This document shows positions 1 through 8,821 of a stretch of DNA of 43,450 nt, piece by piece. Numbering within the stretch: position 1 is the first letter of the stretch; each line of letters begins with the position of its first letter. The stretch is taken from the IMG/VR virus record IMGVR_UViG_3300017747_002738, positions 1-43,450 of that record. One strand, 5' to 3'. The notes under the pieces were generated by a model. The model had not been told where the DNA came from. It saw only the letters and a list, made by a program, of their open reading frames with translations, and searched no databases. Position numbers and translations under genes: made by a program. The stretch is from a virus. Taxonomy: Duplodnaviria > Caudoviricetes.

Positions 1-141
1 AACCTGCCTTTAGCGTTAACGTTAAAAGATTCCTTCGGTGGGTAGGGGGCATACACCCAATAGGCAACATTTGCCGGTTTTTCATTCTTTATTTTTCCTT
101 GACACCTCGCCCCATCTTGGCATTAAACTTGAAAACCCCTT

Positions 142-480
142 TCATTCACTAACGAAGTTCGTCCAGTAACCTTCAGGGTGTCCTTCGAGAGTCGGCGGCT
201 TAACTGTTGTTATCCATCCTTTGTGGATATGCACCGGCACAACGCTAAGGGACGAATCCATTGTGAGATTCATCACTGTGATGTTTGTCCCTTTGATTAT
301 GATCGCCGAATTTGTTAGCACGATCCCGCGCAAATCGAGCTTGCAGTTGTCACTAAGCACAATCAGGCATGGGTCTGGATTCTCCTGCGCTTTGTGCTTG
401 CTGTTGATTGCGCGGATTCCAAACACCAGCGCCACAAATCCAACCATGCAATAGCAAATGACTCGATCTGTCGCTTTCAT
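142..480 (-). CDS. Hypothetical membrane-anchored protein
   Basis: 112 aa ORF with N-terminal hydrophobic segment (VICYCMVGFVALVFGI); ATGA overlap with upstream ORF; 3 TN dipeptides. Confidence 0.6.
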   Translation of the reverse strand: MKATDRVICYCMVGFVALVFGIRAINSKHKAQENPDPCLIVLSDNCKLDLRGIVLTNSAIIIKGTNITVMNLTMDSSLSVVPVHIHKGWITTVKPPTLEGHPEGYWTNFVSE

Positions 481-707
481 TCCTTATCCTCCTTGTTGTA
501 TTGTCCCGTCAAAAGGTTCAGCCGGAAGCCTTTCGCGGTCATCTCGTCGAACTCTTTGGCGTGCTCTTGCGGGGTGAACGGGACGAGTTCTTTTGGGATG
601 CCCATCCCTGCGAACACTTGATTTAGAATCTTGGCTTCGAACTCGGTATATTCTTTCGAATACGACATAGCCGCTTCGTCCCAAGCTTGTCCGGTGTAGT
701 GAATCAC
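477..707 (-). CDS. Hypothetical protein
   Basis: 76 aa ORF with 4-nt overlaps to both neighbours. Confidence 0.55.
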   Translation of the reverse strand: MIHYTGQAWDEAAMSYSKEYTEFEAKILNQVFAGMGIPKELVPFTPQEHAKEFDEMTAKGFRLNLLTGQYNKEDKE

Positions 708-1240
708 AACCTCCCCTCGATCTCCTTCACTTTGTTAATCGCGGCCCTGACCTCTTCCTTGCGCTCGGCTGGCATGGCAGACAAGTCGTAGCCATCCACC
801 AGTGTTTCGATGCGGTCGCATTCTCGGATGAACTTCACAACGAGTGATTGTTGGATGTCCAAGTCGGACATGCCGAGCGCCTTGGCTTTAGTTTCAGGTT
901 CGGGCAGGATGCCGATGGCGATGTAGGCCTGGCGCAAACCTTCGCAGTTTGTCAAATCCACTCCATGGAGTGATTTTGCCAGCAGCATCCATTTGCGCGC
1001 CGTGTTTGCGTGGATTTCGTTGCAGTTATCGAGTAGCCATTTCTCCCAGCCACCATGCCCGATTGACCGCTTGGCTTGTATTAGGAGCTTGCCACACTCG
1101 ATTGCTGCGACGATGGCTGCCTTGCCATTTCGAGAACTTTCGCCCGCAAATCGGACCGCTTCCCCGAATTTGCTGTTGATGTCGTCGGCGATTCGGTCGA
1201 GTCGGACAAGGCTTTGCGTTTTAGGTGATTCGATTTGCAT
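704..1240 (-). CDS. DUF3102-like helical phage protein
   Basis: Motif AIECGKLLIQAKRSIGHGGWEKWL...TARKWMLLAK; start chosen at MQIESPK (1240) rather than the ORF-track start at 1492. Confidence 0.7.
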   Translation of the reverse strand: MQIESPKTQSLVRLDRIADDINSKFGEAVRFAGESSRNGKAAIVAAIECGKLLIQAKRSIGHGGWEKWLLDNCNEIHANTARKWMLLAKSLHGVDLTNCEGLRQAYIAIGILPEPETKAKALGMSDLDIQQSLVVKFIRECDRIETLVDGYDLSAMPAERKEEVRAAINKVKEIEGRL

Positions 1241-1626
1241 ACTTTGCTGAACGTTTGGCGCGCTTCGTTGGATCGCATGCCGGTGGCTTCGACAATGCGA
1301 GTCATGGTTGACGGGTTTAGGTTTTCGGTTAGGAAATCTCGCAGGTTGACAACTTGCTGGTTGATCGTGGCTTTCTTCACCCCGATCTCTTTTCCGAGGG
1401 TTTCTTGCGTTACAGAACCGCCCATCAGCATGTAATAGACGGCTTGATACCGGACAACGCGAGCTAGTGGCCCGGAACCTTTTCGAGCCCAAGAGAGCAG
1501 CATTAGCATTGATTCGTAACCGGATTGCGGCTCATCTTCGAAGTCATCCGGAAGCGTGGCGCACTCAAGAGAGTTTTCGGCGGCGCTTAGCGGTAGGTGC
1601 TGGTCACACAGCATTCTTTCGCGCAT
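1081..1626 (-). CDS. HTH transcription regulator (sigma70 region-4-like), candidate late activator
   Basis: HTH-like segment TQETLGKEIGVKKATINQQVVNLRDFL; located near the end of the replication operon. Confidence 0.6.
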   Translation of the reverse strand: MRERMLCDQHLPLSAAENSLECATLPDDFEDEPQSGYESMLMLLSWARKGSGPLARVVRYQAVYYMLMGGSVTQETLGKEIGVKKATINQQVVNLRDFLTENLNPSTMTRIVEATGMRSNEARQTFSKVCKSNHLKRKALSDSTESPTTSTANSGKRSDLRAKVLEMARQPSSQQSSVASS

Positions 1627-1682
1627 TAGAACATTATGAGCCCATCCCTGAATCTGTCATCGGGAAGTTGCGCACTTGCTTA

Positions 1683-2021
1683 TCAAGCTTTCAGCCTTTC
1701 GCTTAGCTCTTTAAACCGGGCTTTGAAGCGCGGGTCTGTATCGACTAGGTCGCGAACTGCCTGCCTGCTTTTCGTAATGTTTGAATGGTCGCGGTCCATC
1801 ATCCCGCCGACTTCCCAAGTGGTTCCTTGTAGCAATGCGGCCAGCGCGTGGCGCGCCTCGCATATCTTTCGAAGGTTGCATCGGCTAATAATCCGCTCGG
1901 CTGGGACGTGGAATACTTTTGATACGGCGGAAAGTATCGGCTCCATTTTGGCAACCCTTGCGGCCCGTTCGGCCTCGGCTGCGCCCTTAACGATGCGGCG
2001 CTTCATTCGTCGTCGTTTCAT
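1683..2021 (-). CDS. DnaA C-terminal (domain IV) HTH-like protein
   Basis: ILSAVSKVFHV...ARH...VGGMMDRDHSNI matches the DnaA domain IV signature (GGRDHTTV). Confidence 0.75.
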   Translation of the reverse strand: MKRRRMKRRIVKGAAEAERAARVAKMEPILSAVSKVFHVPAERIISRCNLRKICEARHALAALLQGTTWEVGGMMDRDHSNITKSRQAVRDLVDTDPRFKARFKELSERLKA

Positions 2022-2085
2022 TTGATTTTAAACTCGATAAACCAGACTCCTGTGTTGTGCTCGTATCCGCCACGCCAATTTGCTG

Positions 2086-2259
2086 TCATATTGTCCCAGC
2101 TTTCCTGAGATACGTTTTGACGATCCCCGTTGGTGTGATTCTGACCACGAGCGTTTTCTTCGGCGTGTCGATGGCAATGACGACCGTCTTTTTGACTGGT
2201 CGGATCGTTACTTTGGCGCAACCCGCGTCGAAGCCGCGTTCGGTGTGCGTGATGCTCAT
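2086..2259 (-). CDS. Small hypothetical protein
   Basis: 57 aa from MSITHTERG; start overlaps the upstream stop. Confidence 0.45.
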   Translation of the reverse strand: MSITHTERGFDAGCAKVTIRPVKKTVVIAIDTPKKTLVVRITPTGIVKTYLRKAGTI

Positions 2260-2456
2260 TTTACCACCTCTCTTTTCGAAGTTACGCGGACAAGCCGCAG
2301 TTTGCTTGCCGACATGCCGGACCAGTATTTCAGGCTTTCCTTGGCCTTTATGATTCCCGGACCAGCGGACATGAAAAGCGACCAACCGATGATTGTTTTG
2401 TGTTCGATTTCGTAGGACGTGGAAACATGTCGTTTGCGCTTGGTTTTGGTGCTCAT
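2256..2456 (-). CDS. Hypothetical protein
   Basis: 66 aa ORF in a chain of overlapping genes. Confidence 0.5.
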   Translation of the reverse strand: MSTKTKRKRHVSTSYEIEHKTIIGWSLFMSAGPGIIKAKESLKYWSGMSASKLRLVRVTSKREVVK

Positions 2457-2728
2457 TCAACCCTCCCGAGAAGGATGGCCTCGCGGATAAAAGCGGCTCC
2501 ATAAATGTTCCGTCGCTCCGCCAGCACTTCGCGCGCAGTGTCCAAGTCTGTTTCGACAAAGCGCGGCAAGTCGTCCTCTATTCTGTCAAATATCAACCAA
2601 ACTTTCGCGTATTCTGGTTCTGATTTGCTTGATTCTAAAGCCGTTAACCTCGTCTCGATTTGCCCTAAAAGTTCCGTTACTTTTTCGAATGTCGAAACTA
2701 TCCATTCTTGTTCTGTTTTTTTGCTCAT
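2453..2728 (-). CDS. Hypothetical protein
   Basis: 91 aa ORF in a chain of overlapping genes. Confidence 0.55.
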   Translation of the reverse strand: MSKKTEQEWIVSTFEKVTELLGQIETRLTALESSKSEPEYAKVWLIFDRIEDDLPRFVETDLDTAREVLAERRNIYGAAFIREAILLGRVE

Positions 2729-2740
2729 AATGCTCCCGGT

Positions 2741-2959
2741 TTAAATATCATCATCTTCGTTGAAGTCTTCGCTTCGGTTGTTGTCATCTTGAACATTATC
2801 GCAAAGCCCGCCTGCAAGAACTCCATCGCATGGCTGGTTTGAAATTTTGCACCGGCAGTGCGGGACCATGCTGTCAACAAATCGTGCATACGACTCCTCT
2901 TCTGTATCTTGCTTTGGTGGCGGTGGACAAAGTGTCTCCAAAAAATCTTCAACTCTCAT
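2741..2959 (-). CDS. Small Cys-rich acidic protein
   Basis: 72 aa, HCRC...C...C pattern; start overlaps the DnaB stop. Confidence 0.55.
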   Translation of the reverse strand: MRVEDFLETLCPPPPKQDTEEESYARFVDSMVPHCRCKISNQPCDGVLAGGLCDNVQDDNNRSEDFNEDDDI

Positions 2960-4278
2960 AACGTCCCTGGTTTAAATCTCGTGAATTCCTTGAAAAACTG
3001 AAAATGCACGTCACCCGTCCTGCCGTTTCGATTTTTGGCGATCAACAGATTTACAGGCTGAATCAGGTCGTCAACCGGCCCGCCTTCGGTTGGGCGCTCG
3101 TAAAGGAACCCGATGATGTCGGCGTCCTGCTCGATGGCGCCAGATTCGCGAAGGTCCGAGAGGCGAGGCTTGCGGTTCTTGTCTTTGTCCAGTTCGCGGT
3201 TTAGTTGCGCCAGCACAATGACGGGAATCTTTAGCTCTTTGGCCAGCGATTTGACCCCGTTGGAGATCTCGGCGACTTCGCGCTCGCGGTTGTTCTCTCG
3301 CTTGTTGGTGCCACGCATGAGCTGCAGGTAATCGATGACGATCAACTGCACCCCGAACCGGAGCGACATGCGGCGAGCCCGCGCGCGAAGCTTCATGATC
3401 GAAAGCCCGGCGGTGTCGTCAATGTGAATGCTCGATTTGATGATCTTGGCGGCGGCGGTCGTCATCCGTCGCATGTCTAGTTCAGTGATGGTTTGTTCGC
3501 GGAACTTGTCCTGATTGCATTCAGCCCTTGAGCAGAGCATGCGCTGCACAAGCTCCTCGGCGGTCATTTCGAGGCTGAACACACCTACGGGCAGGCCGCC
3601 GTCCACCGCAACGTTCTCGGCGATGTTCATGGCGAGCGAAGTCTTGCCCATGCCTGGTCGGGCGGCGATGACGACCATGTTCCCGGACTTTAATCCGGAC
3701 GTGATTCGGTCCATGTCGGCAAAGCCCGTGGTCAACCCATCGATCTGATTTCCCATCGCGTGCTGGCGCTCGAGGTTGGCAAGGGCGCCGTCAACCAAGC
3801 TCTTGATGTCCTTTTTCGACTCGCCGACAAGCCCGTTGGCGATCTCTGAAAGAGCCTGTTGAGACTCGTCGAGCAGTTCCAAGCCGTTTTTCGCTCCGTC
3901 ATACGCCTCCAGAATCGATTTCTGAGAGGCGTGGAGCACGTTTCTACGCGTCGCAAGGTCCAAAAGGGTGTCTAGGTAGCTCTCAAGGTTGTGCGCGCTT
4001 GTGGGGGCGTCTGGGAGCGAAGTCAGGTAGCTGATTCCGCCGATGGCCTCCAGTCGCCCTTTTTTCTTCAGCCGAGTTTGAATCGTGATGATGTCCACCG
4101 GCACCAACTCGTCCTGGAGCTCGCGGCACGTGTCGAAGATCTCTTGGTGCCGAAGATCGTAGAACATTCCGGCGGGCGCCGTCGCGATTTGCGGGATGCA
4201 CTCGCGAGGGTCGAGCAACACGCAGCCGAGGGTGGCTTGCTCGGCTCGGATGTCGTGGGGTGGGAGGCGGTCGGTCAT
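2956..4278 (-). CDS. dnaB: Replicative DNA helicase DnaB
   Basis: LPPHDIRAEQ N-terminus, AARPGMGKT Walker A, IVIDYLQLM, AQLNR, LSDLRESGAIEQDAD, IAKNRNG. Confidence 0.97.
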   Translation of the reverse strand: MTDRLPPHDIRAEQATLGCVLLDPRECIPQIATAPAGMFYDLRHQEIFDTCRELQDELVPVDIITIQTRLKKKGRLEAIGGISYLTSLPDAPTSAHNLESYLDTLLDLATRRNVLHASQKSILEAYDGAKNGLELLDESQQALSEIANGLVGESKKDIKSLVDGALANLERQHAMGNQIDGLTTGFADMDRITSGLKSGNMVVIAARPGMGKTSLAMNIAENVAVDGGLPVGVFSLEMTAEELVQRMLCSRAECNQDKFREQTITELDMRRMTTAAAKIIKSSIHIDDTAGLSIMKLRARARRMSLRFGVQLIVIDYLQLMRGTNKRENNREREVAEISNGVKSLAKELKIPVIVLAQLNRELDKDKNRKPRLSDLRESGAIEQDADIIGFLYERPTEGGPVDDLIQPVNLLIAKNRNGRTGDVHFQFFKEFTRFKPGTL

Positions 4279-5204
4279 ACTCCACACATCCCTTCGCATT
4301 CGTTGTTAAATTGGTTGTTAAACAAATCGTTTTGCCCCATCTCCAAATCCGTCCTTAGATCAACTTCTGCGAGTGGTCGCAACGAACGATGGAGGTATGG
4401 AATGCCTTTTATTTTTCCGGGGCTCGCGATGGAGCCATGGAGCGCTTGTAGTCGCGCCTCAAACTCTACAGCCTGCCGAAACTCATCCGGCTCCTCATCG
4501 CGAAGCTTTCGCCATTCGTGGTTTGATTTGAATGGGCAAAACTTGCAGGCAGATCGCGGCGGCTTTGGGAATCTGTTTCTCTCCATCCAAACAAGGCAAT
4601 CGTGACGTTTCATTCCAATATCAACAAGCGGCCATCGGTGAACGATAAAAGCGTCCCGGCTAGACTTCATTCTAGAAACCTCATCCAGTGAAATCCCAAT
4701 CCACTGAACGATTACAGGCTCCGGAATTAGCGGCGTAGAAGCATTAGAGAACGCGCCACCGAGGATTCTCGCTATACGCCTGCTCTCGTTTCGTTTGCGC
4801 CGCCACGCGGCAATCTCTGATTTCGCCAACCGCTTTACTTGTCGGATGATTGGAATAATTTTGAAATCTCGTGTGCAATATCTCCCAACGCGGCCCTCGG
4901 CATAACTAGCTCCCTTAACAAAGGCGGGGATGCAGTTTGAATAATACGGAGCCCCAGTCTTTTGATTGATTTTCTCTTTGACTGCGAATTCGGAAAGCTT
5001 CCCAACTGTCACTCGGTAAACCGGAAACGGCAGTTGGCTTTCCAGCCAGTCAAGCCACTTGTAAACACTCTTGGGCTCGTCCTGTGTGTCCGCAAAGATG
5101 GCGCAAGTCGGCATCGGCCCGATCTCGCCCTTTGCTGCCATAAGCGCCATTGTGCTGCTCTGGACGCCTGCGCCGAGGCTGATGATGTGGATTGGGTCGC
5201 TCAT
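4275..5204 (-). CDS. PAPS-reductase-like (PP-loop) phage protein
   Basis: ISLGAGVQSST, IFADTQDE, CTRDFKI, WIGISLDE, SACKFCPF, terminal CEGMCGV. Confidence 0.8.
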   Translation of the reverse strand: MSDPIHIISLGAGVQSSTMALMAAKGEIGPMPTCAIFADTQDEPKSVYKWLDWLESQLPFPVYRVTVGKLSEFAVKEKINQKTGAPYYSNCIPAFVKGASYAEGRVGRYCTRDFKIIPIIRQVKRLAKSEIAAWRRKRNESRRIARILGGAFSNASTPLIPEPVIVQWIGISLDEVSRMKSSRDAFIVHRWPLVDIGMKRHDCLVWMERNRFPKPPRSACKFCPFKSNHEWRKLRDEEPDEFRQAVEFEARLQALHGSIASPGKIKGIPYLHRSLRPLAEVDLRTDLEMGQNDLFNNQFNNECEGMCGV

Positions 5205-5401
5205 GTCTCATGCCTCCAAGTCGCGCCGTGGATCGCCTTCCAAGCGACGGAAGCGTTGACGCCTGCTTGCTTGGCCATCGCCGCGATATTCGCGCCTTCC
5301 TTGGCCAGCCGCCGCATGCTCTGGACCATCGTCCAAGTCAGCTTCGCATTCGGGTGCCGATCGCCCCGCCGTTGGTTTGCGTGGTTGCCTGTGCCTTTCA
5401 T
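5201..5401 (-). CDS. Small HTH protein resembling the C-terminal domain of HNH homing endonucleases
   Basis: RGDRHPNAKLT...MAKQAGVNASVAWKAIHGATW; no HNH catalytic part present. Confidence 0.6.
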   Translation of the reverse strand: MKGTGNHANQRRGDRHPNAKLTWTMVQSMRRLAKEGANIAAMAKQAGVNASVAWKAIHGATWRHET

Positions 5402-5712
5402 TCCCCGCCCTCCAGCACTTCGCGGACGTGGACGCATTCGACGACGCATTCGATGCGGTTGTAGTCTGCGTCCGTATCCGCATTTTTGCGTGACGAATGG
5501 GCGCACACATTTCCAGCGGGGTAAACATTAATCCACCACTCGCGTGGCTCGGGGGCGAGGCGGTATTCCTTTGCGCTCCAATTAAACTCCAACTCATCCA
5601 GCGAAAGCTTATTGCTCCATTCAGTTCTCCCGCGATAACGAAACTGCACCTTCTTCCCCTCCGCCGCTCCAATCATCACGGCTGCGGCTGCTTTAAGTTC
5701 TTCGGTTGTCAT
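5398..5712 (-). CDS. Hypothetical phage protein
   Basis: 104 aa from MTTEELK; GKKVQFR...FNW...EYRLAPEPREWWINVY resembles a common phage family. Confidence 0.65.
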   Translation of the reverse strand: MTTEELKAAAAVMIGAAEGKKVQFRYRGRTEWSNKLSLDELEFNWSAKEYRLAPEPREWWINVYPAGNVCAHSSRKNADTDADYNRIECVVECVHVREVLEGGE

Positions 5713-6620
5713 ATCGTTTTCTCCATTTGTTTGATTTCTCGGTCTAGTTTCCAGAAAGCGTCGATGTCCTCGCGTTTGGCGGTCGCGGCGTTGAAGCCTA
5801 CCCAATCGCGGTTGCCGGGGTGCTGGGCGAGTTTGAGCTTGAGAGCCTCGATGGTTTCTTTGGAATTGGATTTCCGAACCCATGCAGCCAGATCGTCGAG
5901 CCACCGCTTTTTGTTCATCCACTTCTGGCACCACGGGACGAATTGCTTTTCACTTTCCGGCCAAAGAGCAACCGCTTTAGCGTATTCGCAAACCTTCACA
6001 CGAAGCTCTAAAGGTGGAATTAATTTGAAAGCCGCGACGATAGCTTTGAGTGCTTCCGCTTTCCCGTCCTTCCTCGGATACAGGCTGAAAATCTCGTTAG
6101 CGAATTCATCTTTGCTCAACTCTGGTTCTGGAATCTCAAGAACAAGTTTTGACTGAACCCCGCGCTCGTCCCCTTTGGGGACTATAGGGGTATTTGAAGA
6201 TGAAGATGAAGATGAAGATGAAGGGGTTTGAATTTGGTTAACCGTGGTGGTTTGAATTTGGTTAACCAAACGAGGGTTTCCGCCCTTTTTGCCACATTCC
6301 GTGCGAACTTTTCTCAATTCTTCATCACGGACCATTCGGCGATTCATGAGCGCCCCTGTGTTTGGTTCGCGCGATGCCACCCCTGATGTTAAGAGGGTGG
6401 TTAGCGTTTGGTTGAAGGTTTGGTTATCCAAACCGATGGCCCGCGCGATCTCCGAATCCGACATCGGGCGGCCATTCAGGACTAAAACCCCGCGCTGGTC
6501 TGATTCGTGCATCAGCAAAAGCAACTCCAGCCATACCCCTCGGTCGTGCATCGAAAGCGTTCGAATGCCGGGATCTCGGTGCCAGTCGCCAGGATAAAAC
6601 TGTATGGCCGGGAGCTTCAT
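5709..6620 (-). CDS. Phage replication initiator (DUF1376/YdaU-like N-terminus)
   Basis: PAIQFYPGDW N-terminus, central low-complexity linker with repeats, C-terminal YPRKDGKAEA...KWMNKKRW; upstream of DnaB. Confidence 0.8.
   Translation of the reverse strand: MKLPAIQFYPGDWHRDPGIRTLSMHDRGVWLELLLLMHESDQRGVLVLNGRPMSDSEIARAIGLDNQTFNQTLTTLLTSGVASREPNTGALMNRRMVRDEELRKVRTECGKKGGNPRLVNQIQTTTVNQIQTPSSSSSSSSSNTPIVPKGDERGVQSKLVLEIPEPELSKDEFANEIFSLYPRKDGKAEALKAIVAAFKLIPPLELRVKVCEYAKAVALWPESEKQFVPWCQKWMNKKRWLDDLAAWVRKSNSKETIEALKLKLAQHPGNRDWVGFNAATAKREDIDAFWKLDREIKQMEKTI
6195..6267. repeat. Candidate replication origin: two 19-bp direct repeats plus a (TGAAGA)n tract
   Basis: GGTTTGAATTTGGTTAACC at 6225-6243 and 6249-6267; (TGAAGA)x4 plus TGAAG at 6195-6223; inside the initiator gene as in lambda O. 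Confidence 0.65.
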
Positions 6621-7063
6621 TGGTTAAACCCTCCGAATTTTTGTATTTTACCAATGAACCCACGAAGCTCTTCTTCAAGCTCAAGCCTGCGCAACTCCTC
6701 GTGCGACGGGATCACTGTTACAAATCCCTCCCTTTCTTCAACGCATCGGTTGATTGATCTGAGCAGAAACCCAAAGTCATCAAGCTGAACAAGCTTAAGC
6801 AGTCGCGAAAACTCCAGTTTTAAATCCCTTTCGCCATCTTGCCTTGCGGTATGGCAATCTTCACAAAGGCACATCAAAGTGTCCAATCCGTATTCCCAAG
6901 GTTCCCGTTTGAACTCGTAATAGGTGTGATGGACCGAAAGTGTGGATTTGGTGTCGCCGCAATCATCACACATCCACTTGCTAGCCTCTAAAACCTCCAG
7001 CCGCTTCTTTTGCCATCGCGGGTCTTTGAGTTTTTCGGCGTAGGTGGTGGGCTTTTTCTTCAT
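6617..7063 (-). CDS. HNH endonuclease family protein
   Basis: LKDPRWQKKRLEVLE, CDDC, LSVHH, LCEDCH. Confidence 0.85.
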   Translation of the reverse strand: MKKKPTTYAEKLKDPRWQKKRLEVLEASKWMCDDCGDTKSTLSVHHTYYEFKREPWEYGLDTLMCLCEDCHTARQDGERDLKLEFSRLLKLVQLDDFGFLLRSINRCVEEREGFVTVIPSHEELRRLELEEELRGFIGKIQKFGGFNQ

Positions 7064-7073
7064 AAGCGAAAAG

Positions 7074-7154
7074 CCTCAGCAGCCGCCACGGGGTGGAATA
7101 ACCGGCTGAGACGGCCAGCTACGCTTTTGCAAGCGCCCGTGGAGGCGGCTGAGG
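7074..7154 (-). ncRNA. C4-like antisense RNA
   Basis: Three-stem junction: CCACGGG/CCCGTGG closing stem, CGCTT-GCAA-AAGCG hairpin, TAGCTGGC-CGTCTCA-GCCGGTTA hairpin, then TTCCAC; complementary TGAGAC and GTGGAA sites lie just upstream. Confidence 0.7.
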
Positions 7155-7224
7155 GTTCTGAATCTGTGAGTCTCATTTTGAACTAAAGGGATTCCACTCC
7201 CATTGAAGCCACACCTTTGCGGCT

Positions 7225-7515
7225 CTACTCATTGTTTGGAGTCAACGCGAGTTGGTGCATTGCGGCTATGGCCTCGGCTTCGGTGTGGTAGGTGAATCCG
7301 AGATTTCCCCAGTGTTTGGCTGACGGGTAATATTCCGATGACGGGATTTCAACTCCGTTGATCGTGTATCCTTGATGGCTTTGGAGTTTCACCGTCTCGA
7401 AGAATGGACGAGACCAATGCGGCGCCCGCTGCTCAAACACCGCCCATGCGCCTTCTCGCGCCTTGAGTGTGTATTTGATTCCGCGTTCGGTGAATTCGGA
7501 TGGGATTGGTTTCAT
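7225..7515 (-). CDS. Hypothetical protein
   Basis: 96 aa ORF coupled to the upstream gene. Confidence 0.65.
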   Translation of the reverse strand: MKPIPSEFTERGIKYTLKAREGAWAVFEQRAPHWSRPFFETVKLQSHQGYTINGVEIPSSEYYPSAKHWGNLGFTYHTEAEAIAAMHQLALTPNNE

Positions 7516-7844
7516 TTAAAAAACTCCTTCAGTTCCTCGATGGTTTCAAAAACCCGGACACCGATTTCAATGGCGTGTATAAACTCCTCGCGTGCTCCAA
7601 AAGATTTCTCCCAATCTTCGGTCAATAGAACCGCATCGCAGCGGCGCATGATTTCGAGATCGCCGTCCAGCCAATTCTCGTCCGGCAATTCGCCTTGAAA
7701 GAATCGTGTGTTCGCGTGCGGACAAATCGCCGCGTGCCCAAGCTTCCAGACTTCAAGCGCCAATTCCTCGGCGCGCCGGATGTTCTGCTCGATTGCCCAA
7801 TTTGTGGGGCCGCGATAAGGACCAGCGATGTAGATGACTTTCAT
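7512..7844 (-). CDS. DUF4406/DUF1937-like (nucleoside deoxyribosyltransferase fold) protein
   Basis: VIYIAGPY...ICPH...MRRCDAVLLTEDWEKSFGAREE. Confidence 0.8.
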   Translation of the reverse strand: MKVIYIAGPYRGPTNWAIEQNIRRAEELALEVWKLGHAAICPHANTRFFQGELPDENWLDGDLEIMRRCDAVLLTEDWEKSFGAREEFIHAIEIGVRVFETIEELKEFFK

Positions 7845-8821
7845 TGCTCGGGCTTTGGTTCGGTGTTCGAGAACAAGTCTTGTTCTTTGACTTGCTTTTC
7901 GAGCGCGTATCGAACGTTTTTAACAGCTTGCCGGAAGTAGCTCGGCTTAAGCTCCGCACCGATGGCCTTGCGGCCAAGCTTCACGGCCCCGTAAACCTCG
8001 GAACCGACGCCCATGAACGGCGTAAGAACAACGTCACCAGGATTGCTCCAAAGCGTAACGGCGCGCTCGATCACGTCGAGTTGAAGTGGATGAACGTGGC
8101 GCTCGTCTTGTTCGTCTCGCGCGGCTTCGAACGGCAGAACATTATCGATGCGGATGTCGTCCCAGAAGCACGAGGCGTATTGGCGCCATATCCAATGAGA
8201 GTAAATGTTCTTGATCTGGTTCCCGTCGTAACCCTTGTAGCCGAGCTTGTCGGCTGGCATGATGCGTTCCCCAGCGTATTCGAGGAGTCCGTTTGTGTGT
8301 GTGACGGGCTTTGGGTTCTCGCCTTTCTTGCGGAAGCAAATCAGGTAATCCGCCGCCGCAACGTTGGTCTTTGTGGCGTCCTCCACGATCTGCCGGTGAG
8401 CCAATGCCTTGCTCATAGTCCGGTTTCTGACGGCCAGCGGTTCCTTCCAAATGCAAATGCGCGGCAAGTATTCAAACCCGTGCTTTTGATGCAGCCGAAT
8501 GATGTCGCCCGGAAAGTCATTGTATCCGCAGATGTTCGCACCGTCCTTCGGGGTGTCTATGCAATGCACGGCGCTGATTCTTCCCGGCATTGTCAGCCGC
8601 GCAATTTCGGAAACGACAAACTCGTAGTGCGTAAAAAACTCGTCATAGTTGCGGTTGTTGCTCAGGTCGCGCTCGTCCGAACTGTAAACATACAGTCCGC
8701 AGAAGGGCGGAGAGTATATTGAAAGACCCACTGATTCGCTGGGCAACTGGCGCATGACTTCAATGCAATCTCCGTTATAGATTGCAAACTGGTCGTGAAT
8801 TTCTTGTGTTTCTTGGCTCAT
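7841..8821 (-). CDS. DNA methyltransferase, N4-C/N6-A beta class
   Basis: GDCIEVM, SPPF catalytic motif, HVHPLQLDVIER, VLTPFMGVGSE SAM-binding motif, IGAELKPSYF. Confidence 0.9.
   Translation of the reverse strand: MSQETQEIHDQFAIYNGDCIEVMRQLPSESVGLSIYSPPFCGLYVYSSDERDLSNNRNYDEFFTHYEFVVSEIARLTMPGRISAVHCIDTPKDGANICGYNDFPGDIIRLHQKHGFEYLPRICIWKEPLAVRNRTMSKALAHRQIVEDATKTNVAAADYLICFRKKGENPKPVTHTNGLLEYAGERIMPADKLGYKGYDGNQIKNIYSHWIWRQYASCFWDDIRIDNVLPFEAARDEQDERHVHPLQLDVIERAVTLWSNPGDVVLTPFMGVGSEVYGAVKLGRKAIGAELKPSYFRQAVKNVRYALEKQVKEQDLFSNTEPKPEQ

Noticed and set aside
99-129. Plus-strand TTGACA...TAAACT promoter-like sequence
   Set aside because: The spacer is 19 nt and no plus-strand gene follows; it cannot be supported beyond a possible antisense promoter
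7232-7245. Additional TTGACT hexamers at about 7240, 27533 and 30790
   Set aside because: They lie inside coding sequence and lack the TA box 8-9 nt downstream, so they were not counted as late motifs
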